Below, piece by piece: positions 20,957 through 30,204 of a stretch of 42,630 nucleotides of DNA. The notes under the pieces are model-generated. The model was not told the origin of the DNA and made no database searches. It saw nothing but the letters and a program-made list of their open reading frames with translations. Within the stretch, counting starts at the first letter, position 1. Each line of letters opens with the position of its first letter. The translations under genes and the position numbers were made by a program. This stretch comes from Bacteroidota bacterium (lineage in GTDB: Bacteria > Bacteroidota > Bacteroidia > Chitinophagales > UBA2359), in NCBI GenBank assembly GCA_020628015.1, contig JAHDFT010000003.1, positions 1 through 42,630 of the forward strand, written 5' to 3'.

Positions 20957-23647
20957 ATGCAAAAAATGGATACAAAAAAAATAATCTCTTTATATACGCT
21001 TTTCATTGCGCTTATCTTTATTATACAATACAATACTGTTTATGCAACAGTACCTTATGATGATTTCATCAGTACAGATTTTCAAAGTATAGATATACAT
21101 AAAGATAAATCAGCGCAAAAAGAAAGTCCACAAGACACTTTATTAGTAGATTCAGAAGAAGACTTATTGGTCAAATTTGGACTAAAGTATAAACACACCA
21201 TAGAAAACTTTTCTAATGATCCTCGAATCGTTCGCATATTAGTTTTAGAAGAAGAACTAGAAAATTCTTTTAAAGCAGCCAATGATAAACTAATCAAAAC
21301 AGGAAAGTTACTTGATAAAGAAAGTCCACTCAATCCTAGTACTTTCTTATCTACGACTCCCTCCTCTTCAGGTTTTATCCCAGATATTGCAGCACCTACA
21401 GGTACCAGACCTGCTAGAAGCTTCACCAGAATTCAAGCTAAAAATACGGAAAGTGTTCGTGTTATTGATGGACAATATTTTCGAGGTAATCGCTTGATGA
21501 CAGATAAAGAGGCTGAACAATTTGGTTATAAGTCAACAACAGGCAATCAAGTGAGCCAGCCTTCTACTGATGCGACAAAGCATCCTAGTCTAAAAATCAT
21601 TGATGGACAATGGCATTGGGATGATCGCCCATTAACAGATGACGAAGTAGAAGCAATGGGCTATGAAGTTATCCCCAAAGCAGATAAGGGGGAAACAACT
21701 AGTCCAGATATTGTTGCCCCAACAATGGAATCAGAGGAAATTGTTGAAGCAATAAGTCCACAAGAAAATAATACTTTGGCTCCAGTCATTAGTAAAGAAA
21801 CATATAAAGAGGAAGAGCTACCAGAACTAGGGGTCATTTATAACCCACTAACAGATAATAACATACTGGAAACTCCTTCTAATACGGATACAACAGAGCC
21901 AACAAAAGTAGAAGAGGTAATCTCTCCTACTCCTCAACCTCAAATAATAGCAACACCAAGCTATACAGAAAATGAATTACCAGAACTAGGATTCGTTGAA
22001 GAAAAAGAACCAACAATAGAAAATACGAATATAGTGGAGCAAACTGCAACAGAGGAAATCAAACCGACAGTAGCTCCTAGTCCTGAAACAACAGCACCTC
22101 AAGAAAAGTATTCTGTATATATTCCACCTAGTACTAATGCCATAACAGAAAAAACTAGTACGCCTAATCAAGCACTTAGTCCTAAGCCTGTTTCGACCCA
22201 AGTTACTTCTTTTAGTGACACGCCAGTAAGTCCTGGGGCAAAGATCGTTAAACAGGAAGTGTATGTAAATGGTCAATTGGTGGAAAGAAAAGTAGCTGCG
22301 GATTATGATGGAGCGGAATTACTAGCAGAATCTGTTGTTGAAACGGCAGAAGCTTTTCCAGCAGCAACTAAAGGAATAGCTGATGAGGTAGAAAATACCG
22401 CTTTGGAAGAGGTCATTACTGAAGTAAAAGAAAAAAGAATGATTGTTGATGGTGTGCTATACATCAATGGTCTAACTGAAGCAGAATGGAATAAGCAACA
22501 AGCTATCGAAGCTGGTACTTTTGTGGAAAAAACAGCAGCAAGTAATGAAGAACTGACCAAGCAAATTGAAGATTTAATAAATAATAAAGGTACGGATGCA
22601 GCGGCTTCTAGTTCTAGCGAAGTTCAAAAATTTGATATTCGTAAAGTAGATGGAGAGTATTATGTCAATGGCAAACCTGCTTCAACTCAAGAAGTACAAT
22701 TAGCGACTAAAATTAATCGTGACCCTAATCATAAAGCTACAGATCTTACGCAACCAGGCGTTGTCTTTAGCTATGCAACTAGCTATGACCCAAATACACA
22801 TGGTCATAAGCATTATACTTCTGATTTACATAATGATGAGAAAGGGATGTACAAAATCTTAATGACCAATACTTCAGGTGCAGAAACCATTCCTTGTCAT
22901 AGCCATTATGATCATAATTGGCACAATAGTAAAATCCACGCTTATCAATTTGATGTACGTTATTTACCTGAAAAAGTAGAATTTATTTTAACAGATGGTC
23001 AAGCTGGTGGTTTTGTCATGCCGATTGCTGGAAGAGTTACCTCAGAATTTGGGCCAAGATGGGGAAGACATCATAATGGAATTGATTTAGACTTGAATAC
23101 GGGAGATCCCGTAATGTCTGCCTTCAAAGGAAAAGTACGTATTGCTCAATATTCTCGTTCTTATGGTTATATCATCGTCATTAGACACTTCAACGGCTTG
23201 GAAACATTCTACGCTCACTTGTCAAAATTACATGTAAAACCAGGCGATGATGTAGAAGCAGGATCAGTTATTGGATTAGGTGGAAATACTGGACGCTCGA
23301 CAGGTTCACATCTTCATTTTGAGGTAAGATACAAAGGACATCCAATTAACCCACGTCAATTAATCGACTTCAATTACAATAGTTTACTAAGCAATAAATT
23401 TGTTGTTAACAAATCTTATTTCACTTCTTCCAATCCTTACGAATCTGCACATGGACACAATCATTCACACTCACATGGTTCTAGTTCTAGTTCTAGCAGT
23501 TCAAAGAAATACCATACAGTAAGAAAGGGGCAAACGCTTTCTTCGATTGCTCGTCGTCATGGAACTTCTGTTCGTAAATTGTGTAAACTAAACCGAATTT
23601 CTACTAGAACAACATTGAGAGTTGGACGAAAATTAAGAGTGAGATAA
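20957..23647 (+). CDS. M23 family metallopeptidase with a C-terminal LysM domain and a long disordered N-terminal region
   Basis: Signal/anchor IISLYTLFIALIFII. M23 motifs HHNGIDLD and GSHLHFEV. His/Ser tract HGHNHSHSHGSSSSSSSS. LysM YHTVRKGQTLSSIARRHGTSVRKLCKLNRIS...LRVGRKLRV. Confidence 0.9.
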   Translation: MQKMDTKKIISLYTLFIALIFIIQYNTVYATVPYDDFISTDFQSIDIHKDKSAQKESPQDTLLVDSEEDLLVKFGLKYKHTIENFSNDPRIVRILVLEEELENSFKAANDKLIKTGKLLDKESPLNPSTFLSTTPSSSGFIPDIAAPTGTRPARSFTRIQAKNTESVRVIDGQYFRGNRLMTDKEAEQFGYKSTTGNQVSQPSTDATKHPSLKIIDGQWHWDDRPLTDDEVEAMGYEVIPKADKGETTSPDIVAPTMESEEIVEAISPQENNTLAPVISKETYKEEELPELGVIYNPLTDNNILETPSNTDTTEPTKVEEVISPTPQPQIIATPSYTENELPELGFVEEKEPTIENTNIVEQTATEEIKPTVAPSPETTAPQEKYSVYIPPSTNAITEKTSTPNQALSPKPVSTQVTSFSDTPVSPGAKIVKQEVYVNGQLVERKVAADYDGAELLAESVVETAEAFPAATKGIADEVENTALEEVITEVKEKRMIVDGVLYINGLTEAEWNKQQAIEAGTFVEKTAASNEELTKQIEDLINNKGTDAAASSSSEVQKFDIRKVDGEYYVNGKPASTQEVQLATKINRDPNHKATDLTQPGVVFSYATSYDPNTHGHKHYTSDLHNDEKGMYKILMTNTSGAETIPCHSHYDHNWHNSKIHAYQFDVRYLPEKVEFILTDGQAGGFVMPIAGRVTSEFGPRWGRHHNGIDLDLNTGDPVMSAFKGKVRIAQYSRSYGYIIVIRHFNGLETFYAHLSKLHVKPGDDVEAGSVIGLGGNTGRSTGSHLHFEVRYKGHPINPRQLIDFNYNSLLSNKFVVNKSYFTSSNPYESAHGHNHSHSHGSSSSSSSSKKYHTVRKGQTLSSIARRHGTSVRKLCKLNRISTRTTLRVGRKLRVR

Positions 23648-23676
23648 ACCAATCATCAAATTTGGAACTATATTCC

Positions 23677-24105
23677 ATGAAAGAAAAAGACATTATACAT
23701 ACCAATCAAGCTCCTAAACCAGTAGGCTTGTATCCTCATGCCCGAAAAGTGGGGAATTTATTGTTTTTATCTGGAATTGGTCCTAGAGATGTGGCAACAG
23801 GTGTGACGGTTCCTGGTTTGGAACTGGATAAAAATGGGAATTACAAAGCTTTTGATTTTGAACAACAGGTGCATTCTGTTTTTGCGAATGTCAAAGCAGT
23901 TTTGGAGGCTTCAGGTTCTTCTTGGAATCAACTAGTAGATGTCACCGTTTTTCTGGTCGATATGAAACGAGATTTTCATACTTTCAATCGCCTTTATGCC
24001 GAATATTTCAAGGAAAATCAACCTTGTCGCACTACTTGCGAGGTTAATTGTCTCCCTACTCCCATTGCTATTGAGCTAAAATGTATTGCCACTATAGCGG
24101 ATTAA
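23677..24105 (+). CDS. ridA: RidA/YjgF/Rid-family reactive-intermediate deaminase
   Basis: APKPVGLYPHARKVGNLLFLSGIGPRD ... VDVTVFL ... PCRTTCEV pattern typical of the YjgF/RidA family. ATG at 23677 preferred over the TTG at 23662. Confidence 0.8.
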   Translation: MKEKDIIHTNQAPKPVGLYPHARKVGNLLFLSGIGPRDVATGVTVPGLELDKNGNYKAFDFEQQVHSVFANVKAVLEASGSSWNQLVDVTVFLVDMKRDFHTFNRLYAEYFKENQPCRTTCEVNCLPTPIAIELKCIATIAD

Positions 24106-24130
24106 TAAAAATTATACTAAAACCACAACA

Positions 24131-24170
24131 AGAAAGCCCACAATAGATTTAAATCTGTTGTGGGCTTTCT
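24131..24170. terminator. Bidirectional terminator hairpin between the convergent ridA and RT genes
   Basis: Perfect 13-bp inverted repeat agaaagcccacaa (24131-24143) / ttgtgggctttct (24158-24170). It is followed by tatttct on the plus strand and preceded by A-rich sequence. Confidence 0.7.
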
Positions 24171-24196
24171 TATTTCTAATCGTTGTTCTGCTTGCA

Positions 24197-25576
24197 TCAA
24201 GCCTGTTTTAACCAAGGATGCTTCGTCAATAACTGCTGTGCTTTATCTGCATTAATCATATTCAAATAAGACCAATATCCTTTCCCATAAGCCTTCGCAT
24301 TTTTACCCATTCTTCTCGACATTTCAAACTCACCATAACGATCATAATGATGCAAAAAACTACGGAAACGCTTTAAATCTCGACGAGACAAATTCGGTTT
24401 TTCATTAATCACCACACCAGTCAAACTCTGACGGTGATGTGGTCGCAATACCACCAATTTATCAGGATGTAGGATAAAATTTTCCTTATAAATAATAGTT
24501 TTCGCACATTTGATTAATCGACTAACTGCTTGATCTTTATTAGAATGAGAAAAGGCAAGATCATCCGCATAACGAGTATAATTAAAACCTAATTTATCTG
24601 CTAATCCTTTCATGCGTTTATCTAGGCGATAACAAATAATATTGGAAATAGCTGGTGAAGTGCAGGCTCCTTGGGGTAAATAACGCTCCCCTAGTGCGAC
24701 ATAAAAGTTTTTATCTCCTAACTGGGCATTGATTCGAGCTGCGTCTGTGCAAATCAAAGCAAAAATACTGGCTATGCCTTCATTATAGCCCAACATCTGA
24801 AACAATCCTTTGACTCGCTTAAATTTGACCGAAGGGAAAAAGTCTTGCAAATCCATTTTTACTAAAACACCTGCCCCTTGATGCGCTTTAGCGTTATCTG
24901 CTACAGAGCAATTGGGACGGAATGCTTTTGCAGAGTCGGTAACAGGAATTTTTTCTAGTATATTTTTTAGCAACCAAGATTGGGCTTTACGTAATAAAGG
25001 TTTGGGTGCAGCGATGGTACGAAATCCGCCTTTTCGCTTAGGAATTTGAAAACGGCTATAGTGGTCTGTTTGCGCTGTAACTCGATGATAAGACAGCCAT
25101 GATACTTGTTTTGTAGTTATACCAACTGCTTCAGCAAATTCGGTAGCATTGTGAATGGGGGGTAAATCCCATTTTTTCAACTTTTCAAGATTAGCTCCTT
25201 CAAACTTCAAACCAGCCGAAACCTGATCTCCTAGATAAGGCGGCGTTTCTGATCGACGTTTTTCCTCCTTTGCTTGTCGTTCTTTTTTCTCTGCTGCTTT
25301 TCGGATTTTCCGTTCTGCTCGTTCCTTTTTGACCCGCTCAATTCGCTTTCGACGAATCTCCTTGAGCATTGCCTCAATATTTCCTAAAGCATGAATTTGT
25401 CGATCTTTATTCCGAATCTTATTGTCTAGGCGAATAACTTCCTTGGTTCCCTCCAATAGTTTATCAGCATCTTCTGGAGCCATCTCCAAAAAACCAAGTT
25501 GAATCATATCTTGTAGCTCAAAATATTTGCGCCCATATTTGTTAATTATTTTGCGCCATTCTTTGACCTCATTCAT
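24197..25576 (-). CDS. Retron-type reverse transcriptase with a ~150-aa charged coiled-coil N-terminal extension
   Basis: RT motifs: FRTIAAPKPLLRKAQSWLL (motif 1), DLQDFFPSV (motif 3/A), LPQGACTSPAISN (motif 4/B), YTRYADDLAFS (YADD, motif 5/C). Retron-diagnostic motifs are also present: NAKAH (NAxxH) and RQSLTGVVIN (the VTG-type motif after the thumb). Confidence 0.9.
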   Translation of the reverse strand: MNEVKEWRKIINKYGRKYFELQDMIQLGFLEMAPEDADKLLEGTKEVIRLDNKIRNKDRQIHALGNIEAMLKEIRRKRIERVKKERAERKIRKAAEKKERQAKEEKRRSETPPYLGDQVSAGLKFEGANLEKLKKWDLPPIHNATEFAEAVGITTKQVSWLSYHRVTAQTDHYSRFQIPKRKGGFRTIAAPKPLLRKAQSWLLKNILEKIPVTDSAKAFRPNCSVADNAKAHQGAGVLVKMDLQDFFPSVKFKRVKGLFQMLGYNEGIASIFALICTDAARINAQLGDKNFYVALGERYLPQGACTSPAISNIICYRLDKRMKGLADKLGFNYTRYADDLAFSHSNKDQAVSRLIKCAKTIIYKENFILHPDKLVVLRPHHRQSLTGVVINEKPNLSRRDLKRFRSFLHHYDRYGEFEMSRRMGKNAKAYGKGYWSYLNMINADKAQQLLTKHPWLKQA

Positions 25577-25646
25577 TTTTCCTTGTTTTTAGTAACAATT
25601 AAATCAATCAACTTAAAAAATAAATAATCTCTAAACACGCTTATCA

Positions 25647-27281
25647 TCAACTTCCTATATGTAATACGCCAGCTACAATATGACTACAAGGCCCTTGACG
25701 TAATTTATTGCTTCGGAAAAAACCACAAGTACATTCCGCTTTAATCACTTTCCCATCTGCATCTAGGGAAATAACAGGTTTAAATACTTTCTTTCCTGTT
25801 ACAGATAGGGTATATTTAGTCAATTCTTTATCTTGCTCTTTTCCTAGTAAATTGACTTTTCCTTCTTTAAATAATTTAGTTGCATATTTAATGCGTTCAT
25901 CTGATTCAGAAGACTTGATTTTGATTTTCTGCTCTAGTAATTTTCGCCAGCGATATTGGCCAGTAATAGGGTCAAACATTGCCTGTCCATGCTTACATAA
26001 TTCTTGTAAAGCTTTAGTAGCGACTTTTTGCTCTAAGTCCAACCATTCTGCAAAGTCTGCTGGTTTACCAGTCAATTTTTTGATTAACGCTTGTTCTACC
26101 TTTTTTACAGTAGCTTTATCAACTTTTCCTATAGCTCCTAGCAAATCAAAACTGGCTTTTTTTGCCCAATCATTAGCCGTCCAGCCTGATAAACCCAAGT
26201 CAAAACGATGGCCATCAATGGAAACTGACCAATAAGAAGGCATTCCTGTTCCTAAAAGTTTGATATGTACTTTTTGGGCATAAGGCAATACTTCTCGCCA
26301 AACCATCAAGCGACGACGACCCCAAATTTTTATGGAACCTTCTTTTTCTCCATTGTATACATAATCATTTTCTTCAACTACGATATTCCAAGGGGCAATA
26401 GTAATACTTGGCTTTTTCCCTTTCTCCAATTTGAATTCCAAATAACGTGGACTCACTCTCTCTTTTTGTCGCTCCAAAACGCCTAGCACTTCTGCCAAAG
26501 TATCTGCACTCAATGTTACCAAAGTACCAGCCATACTTGCTGCCGATTGAACTTGTAGAAAACCATTGACCCAACTATCTGGTAAATCAATTTTCTTTTC
26601 TACTCGTGAACCAGCCGTTGTTGAGACTTCTACTTGCTCGAAGGCTACTTTTAGCCAAGCAGGGCGATAGCTGCGAACTCGGTAAATCTCATCTGCCAAA
26701 GCTGCACTAAAGTCAATATTCGTTGTCCCATATTTTACATCATCAAAAATATCCAGATTTTCTGTAGGCACACTCACCCGTCCATAAACCGACTCATCCA
26801 AAGAAAATGCTTCAAAAATCACACTATCTGGATGCACACTAATCACAGGATCAAACAGCCATCGACGAGCATCTCGTGTTTGCCAAATCCAATTTCGGTA
26901 AGCTCGTTTCGCTTTATTGAAATCTTTTCTTAGTGGAGCCAATTCTGCATTGAGTTCTTTTTTGCGATCAATCCAAGCTTGCTTTTCCTTAGTTAATTTG
27001 GCTTGTTTTTCTAGTACAACTTGCTTTTCCTCGGATAATTCCTTCAAATATTGTGTTTTCACCCATTCTTGATAAGCTGTATGATCTTTCTGTGGCGGTC
27101 GCCAATCACCAATCACCACTTGTCTCAATACCAGCATCAATTTGGCGTAAGCTAGGCTATTTCGCACCATAGCATGTAGCGATACAGGCGGTCGTGAAAG
27201 CTCCGCCGAAAGGGAAAAATGCATTCCCTTATCATCTGCTTTAGCCGTACTTGGCTGATGGTAAGCTTGTGTTAATTGCAT
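25647..27281 (-). CDS. Winged-helix / SWIM zinc-finger protein (retron accessory gene)
   Basis: C-terminal SWIM signature CTCGFFRSNKLRQGPCSH (CxCx(n)CxH). It is preceded by a helical wHTH-like segment (VEQALIKKLTGKPADFAEWL...). There is a coiled-coil segment near the N-terminus. It sits 70 nt upstream of the RT on the same strand. Confidence 0.75.
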   Translation of the reverse strand: MQLTQAYHQPSTAKADDKGMHFSLSAELSRPPVSLHAMVRNSLAYAKLMLVLRQVVIGDWRPPQKDHTAYQEWVKTQYLKELSEEKQVVLEKQAKLTKEKQAWIDRKKELNAELAPLRKDFNKAKRAYRNWIWQTRDARRWLFDPVISVHPDSVIFEAFSLDESVYGRVSVPTENLDIFDDVKYGTTNIDFSAALADEIYRVRSYRPAWLKVAFEQVEVSTTAGSRVEKKIDLPDSWVNGFLQVQSAASMAGTLVTLSADTLAEVLGVLERQKERVSPRYLEFKLEKGKKPSITIAPWNIVVEENDYVYNGEKEGSIKIWGRRRLMVWREVLPYAQKVHIKLLGTGMPSYWSVSIDGHRFDLGLSGWTANDWAKKASFDLLGAIGKVDKATVKKVEQALIKKLTGKPADFAEWLDLEQKVATKALQELCKHGQAMFDPITGQYRWRKLLEQKIKIKSSESDERIKYATKLFKEGKVNLLGKEQDKELTKYTLSVTGKKVFKPVISLDADGKVIKAECTCGFFRSNKLRQGPCSHIVAGVLHIGS

Positions 27282-27344
27282 GATTTTTATTTTAATATAT
27301 TTGGAATAGCTTGTGTAGGAATGACAGATAGTAAAGCATCGGTA

Positions 27345-30182
27345 TTATTTCAATACAAAGTCTCCTAATTGTTCTTCCCCAGCAATTGCCATTTTGGTGA
27401 GTTGTAAAATTGCCCATTCTGCATCCTTCTTATTCTTCCCTTTAGCCATTCTCAGCAAGGCTTTAGGATCAACAGCTAGGGTATTTTCCAAGCGTTCTTT
27501 CACCAATTCCTTCGTTTTTCGTCCTTTATTTTTAGTTCGCAAAACGGCTTCATCAAATCGCTTCATTCGTTTTTGAGCATCTGGATAACGCACCAATAAT
27601 TCCGCAACATATTTTTGAATAAAAGGATCTGTTTGCTCCGATAAATAGCTGATGAGCTGCTCTGGATTTAAATTCGCTTCTTGTTCTTTGGTCAATTGTA
27701 AACCAGCTTCTCGAACCGCACGACGAGGGCTATCACACATCGCCAAAACACGCTCCATCATTTGTCCTTCATATTCTAAGGGTCGCTTAAAAAATGAATG
27801 ACCAAGTTTAAAGGCATCTGGGACATCAGTTTCCATTAATCGAAGTGCGAAAGGCAGGTCAAAATCCTGTTGCTTGGCTCGTTCGATACTCCATTTTCGA
27901 ATGCTATTTAATGCATGAGCGCAACCCTGTAATAAGGCTTCTGATTCAGGTGCAAAAAGGGCTTCATTGGCTTCGACCCACTCAAATAAGCGTTTTTCTA
28001 ATGGGCTGTGGGTAATGTCTAAAATCGCTATATCACTAGTATTATTAAGTGTTTCATTAGCGGCTGGATAGTTTAAGGTACGCTTATATAGTGTATCTTT
28101 TTCTTCCACCATCAATTGATTCAAAATCTTCACCCAACAATTTGCCCCATTTGCTCCTTTCAAATAATCAACAAAAGGTTTTTCTAGCATCCCCCATTGT
28201 CGATTGTGTGTAGTAGAGACCATTTTTACTACTGTATCTACATTTAAATTATGGAACAACTTATCAAAAACAGGTGCTAGTTTATAAATATAATCTGGAC
28301 GTGAATTCACTAATCGTTGTAGGGTATCAAAGTAAATATTTTGGTAATGCTTGTCAAAATGCTCCATCACTACCTGATGAAAGCGGTTGATTTTTTTAGC
28401 ATAAAACTGATTGACAACAGCTCGCACTATTTGACGGAAAGAATTCTCTTTTAATCGACCATTCAATAGAAATTCTAAGGTATTTTTATGTACCCATTCA
28501 TCTTCATCTACTAAACATTGAGCTACCTGATAAGCAACAAAATTCGTCTGCTTATTATTTCTTTGTTTAATCTCTTCAATAATTGCATCCCGATCTTCTA
28601 GGTTTTTCAATCGAGGCAGCCAGCGGTAAAAATTGCGCTGGGCTACGTTGATCAAGGCTTTCTTGGCTGGTTCATAAAATAAAGGATGTCCATGTTTCAT
28701 TAAATCGAAGGGACGGCCATAATTAATTGCCCAAGTAATGAAATTACTATGATACTTAATCAATACTTTGGCTCCATATTCTGATTGGATTGTATTTTTA
28801 TAAGGCTTATAAGCCATACTGCGCCAGTATAATCTATTGGCAAGATTCCGAATGGTATTTTTGGGGTCATTTTGTAAAGACAATAAATACCAACCAAAAT
28901 CCACGATTGAAGGAGAATCATTAATGACAAAACGCTCAACATCTCTAAGTCTGAGTTTTTGGATTGGATATTTACTCGCTAAAGCAGGATAAAATACTTT
29001 TTTCTGTTCTGCGGAAGCATGATCTAAAGCTCCCAACCAACTTTTGACATCTTTTTGTTTGCTCTTTTCAATATTACTTTTTACTAAATTCGTTAATCGC
29101 CAATCATTTTGGGCTAAAATACCCACCAAATTTTGCTTAATCAACATAGAAGGAATCATACTGGCTTTTCCTAAAACTAAATTCAAACCTACACCTACTC
29201 GATTTTTCGGCTTTTTATTATCTAATTGAGGGAAAATGAGTGTACTCAGATAGGTGACGAACATGGACATATCAAAATTGCGAAGGTTCACTTGATTTTT
29301 ACTTGGTTGTTCTTCTCCTGTAAAAAATGAGGTAATTCGTCCTAGAAAAGAATTTGGAGCTTCTCCTTGTTTTTGAGGAGTGGAAATCGCCTTTTGAATG
29401 ACTTTTTTAGTGTTCGCAGGAGCGTAATAATAGGTTTTTGCCCAAGTTTCCATGTTTTTTTCTTCTCCTTTTTGAAGCAAGTTCCAAGATGCTTTTGCAG
29501 CAAAGCTTTGTAACCAAGGGCTATTACTATTGAAAAAAGGCAATAAAAGATGTGGAGCTACAGTAGGTACAGCTTTTCGATTACGCATTAATACTTTGGC
29601 AATAAACTCATAAATTTCTGGTGCTAAAACCTTACCATGCCAGAGTTTCAACAAATCATCTACATGGCGATCCCAAATATCACTTGCTTTGTCCTCTTTT
29701 CGATAAATATTGGGTATTTCTTTATTAGCAGCATATATCCCTCGCCCATTTCGACGCTGTTTAACTCGTTTAGAATTTCCTTGAATAATGTTCAGTAAAA
29801 CCCATTGATGAGCATGATCTACTGCTTGTTTTTGTAACTGAAATAAGGCTAGACAAATTTCAACATATATGGCTTCATTTTCTTTGGATAATTTTCGCAA
29901 ATAACGGGCAGCTCGTCGCTTCATATAAGCCAATGTTGCAGCTGTAGGATATAGATTTTTACGATCTTCAACTAAAGGAGCCTGATCAATACGAGCAATA
30001 ATGATGGCTAATGCTCTAGGCATAGGTTCACTTTGCCCTTCAAGTTTTTTGTATAATTGTTTTATAAGTTTCCAATGCCCTTTAACGAATGGAGCTTCCT
30101 GAAGATAGGTATTAAGTTTCTGCTGTTCTGTCTTATCTTTTGGTGGGAAATGATCTATGAGGGAGGTATTTATTGGTAGCAT
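27345..30182 (-). CDS. Large all-alpha ARM/HEAT-like repeat protein (retron accessory gene)
   Basis: About 945 aa, helix-rich, with no catalytic motif seen. It is the first ORF after the structured ncRNA. I place the start at ATG 30182 (MLPINTSL...) because the TTG-initiated extension to 30251 overlaps the a2 arm and msd flank of the ncRNA. Confidence 0.65.
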   Translation of the reverse strand: MLPINTSLIDHFPPKDKTEQQKLNTYLQEAPFVKGHWKLIKQLYKKLEGQSEPMPRALAIIIARIDQAPLVEDRKNLYPTAATLAYMKRRAARYLRKLSKENEAIYVEICLALFQLQKQAVDHAHQWVLLNIIQGNSKRVKQRRNGRGIYAANKEIPNIYRKEDKASDIWDRHVDDLLKLWHGKVLAPEIYEFIAKVLMRNRKAVPTVAPHLLLPFFNSNSPWLQSFAAKASWNLLQKGEEKNMETWAKTYYYAPANTKKVIQKAISTPQKQGEAPNSFLGRITSFFTGEEQPSKNQVNLRNFDMSMFVTYLSTLIFPQLDNKKPKNRVGVGLNLVLGKASMIPSMLIKQNLVGILAQNDWRLTNLVKSNIEKSKQKDVKSWLGALDHASAEQKKVFYPALASKYPIQKLRLRDVERFVINDSPSIVDFGWYLLSLQNDPKNTIRNLANRLYWRSMAYKPYKNTIQSEYGAKVLIKYHSNFITWAINYGRPFDLMKHGHPLFYEPAKKALINVAQRNFYRWLPRLKNLEDRDAIIEEIKQRNNKQTNFVAYQVAQCLVDEDEWVHKNTLEFLLNGRLKENSFRQIVRAVVNQFYAKKINRFHQVVMEHFDKHYQNIYFDTLQRLVNSRPDYIYKLAPVFDKLFHNLNVDTVVKMVSTTHNRQWGMLEKPFVDYLKGANGANCWVKILNQLMVEEKDTLYKRTLNYPAANETLNNTSDIAILDITHSPLEKRLFEWVEANEALFAPESEALLQGCAHALNSIRKWSIERAKQQDFDLPFALRLMETDVPDAFKLGHSFFKRPLEYEGQMMERVLAMCDSPRRAVREAGLQLTKEQEANLNPEQLISYLSEQTDPFIQKYVAELLVRYPDAQKRMKRFDEAVLRTKNKGRKTKELVKERLENTLAVDPKALLRMAKGKNKKDAEWAILQLTKMAIAGEEQLGDFVLK

Positions 30183-30204
30183 GGGAGAAGCATATATAAA
30201 TGTG

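Noticed and set aside
24197-25576. RT as part of a diversity-generating retroelement or group II intron
   Set aside because: Motif 4 is LPQGACTSP (retron/group II-like) rather than the DGR-type (I/L)GxxxSQ. No template/variable repeat pair was seen, and the adhesin repeats are not paired with a TR near the RT. There is no maturase X/En domain or intron RNA domain V-like sequence. The retron-specific NAxxH and VTG-like motifs are present.
25708-26235. 175-aa plus-strand ORF antisense to the SWIM gene, and similar antisense ORFs (26265..26486, 27394..27576, 29044..29229, 36068..36340, 37804..38019, 39685..40047)
   Set aside because: Each is fully nested, on the opposite strand, within a much longer motif-bearing CDS. 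Their compositions are Ser/Leu/Phe-rich, as is typical of antisense frames.
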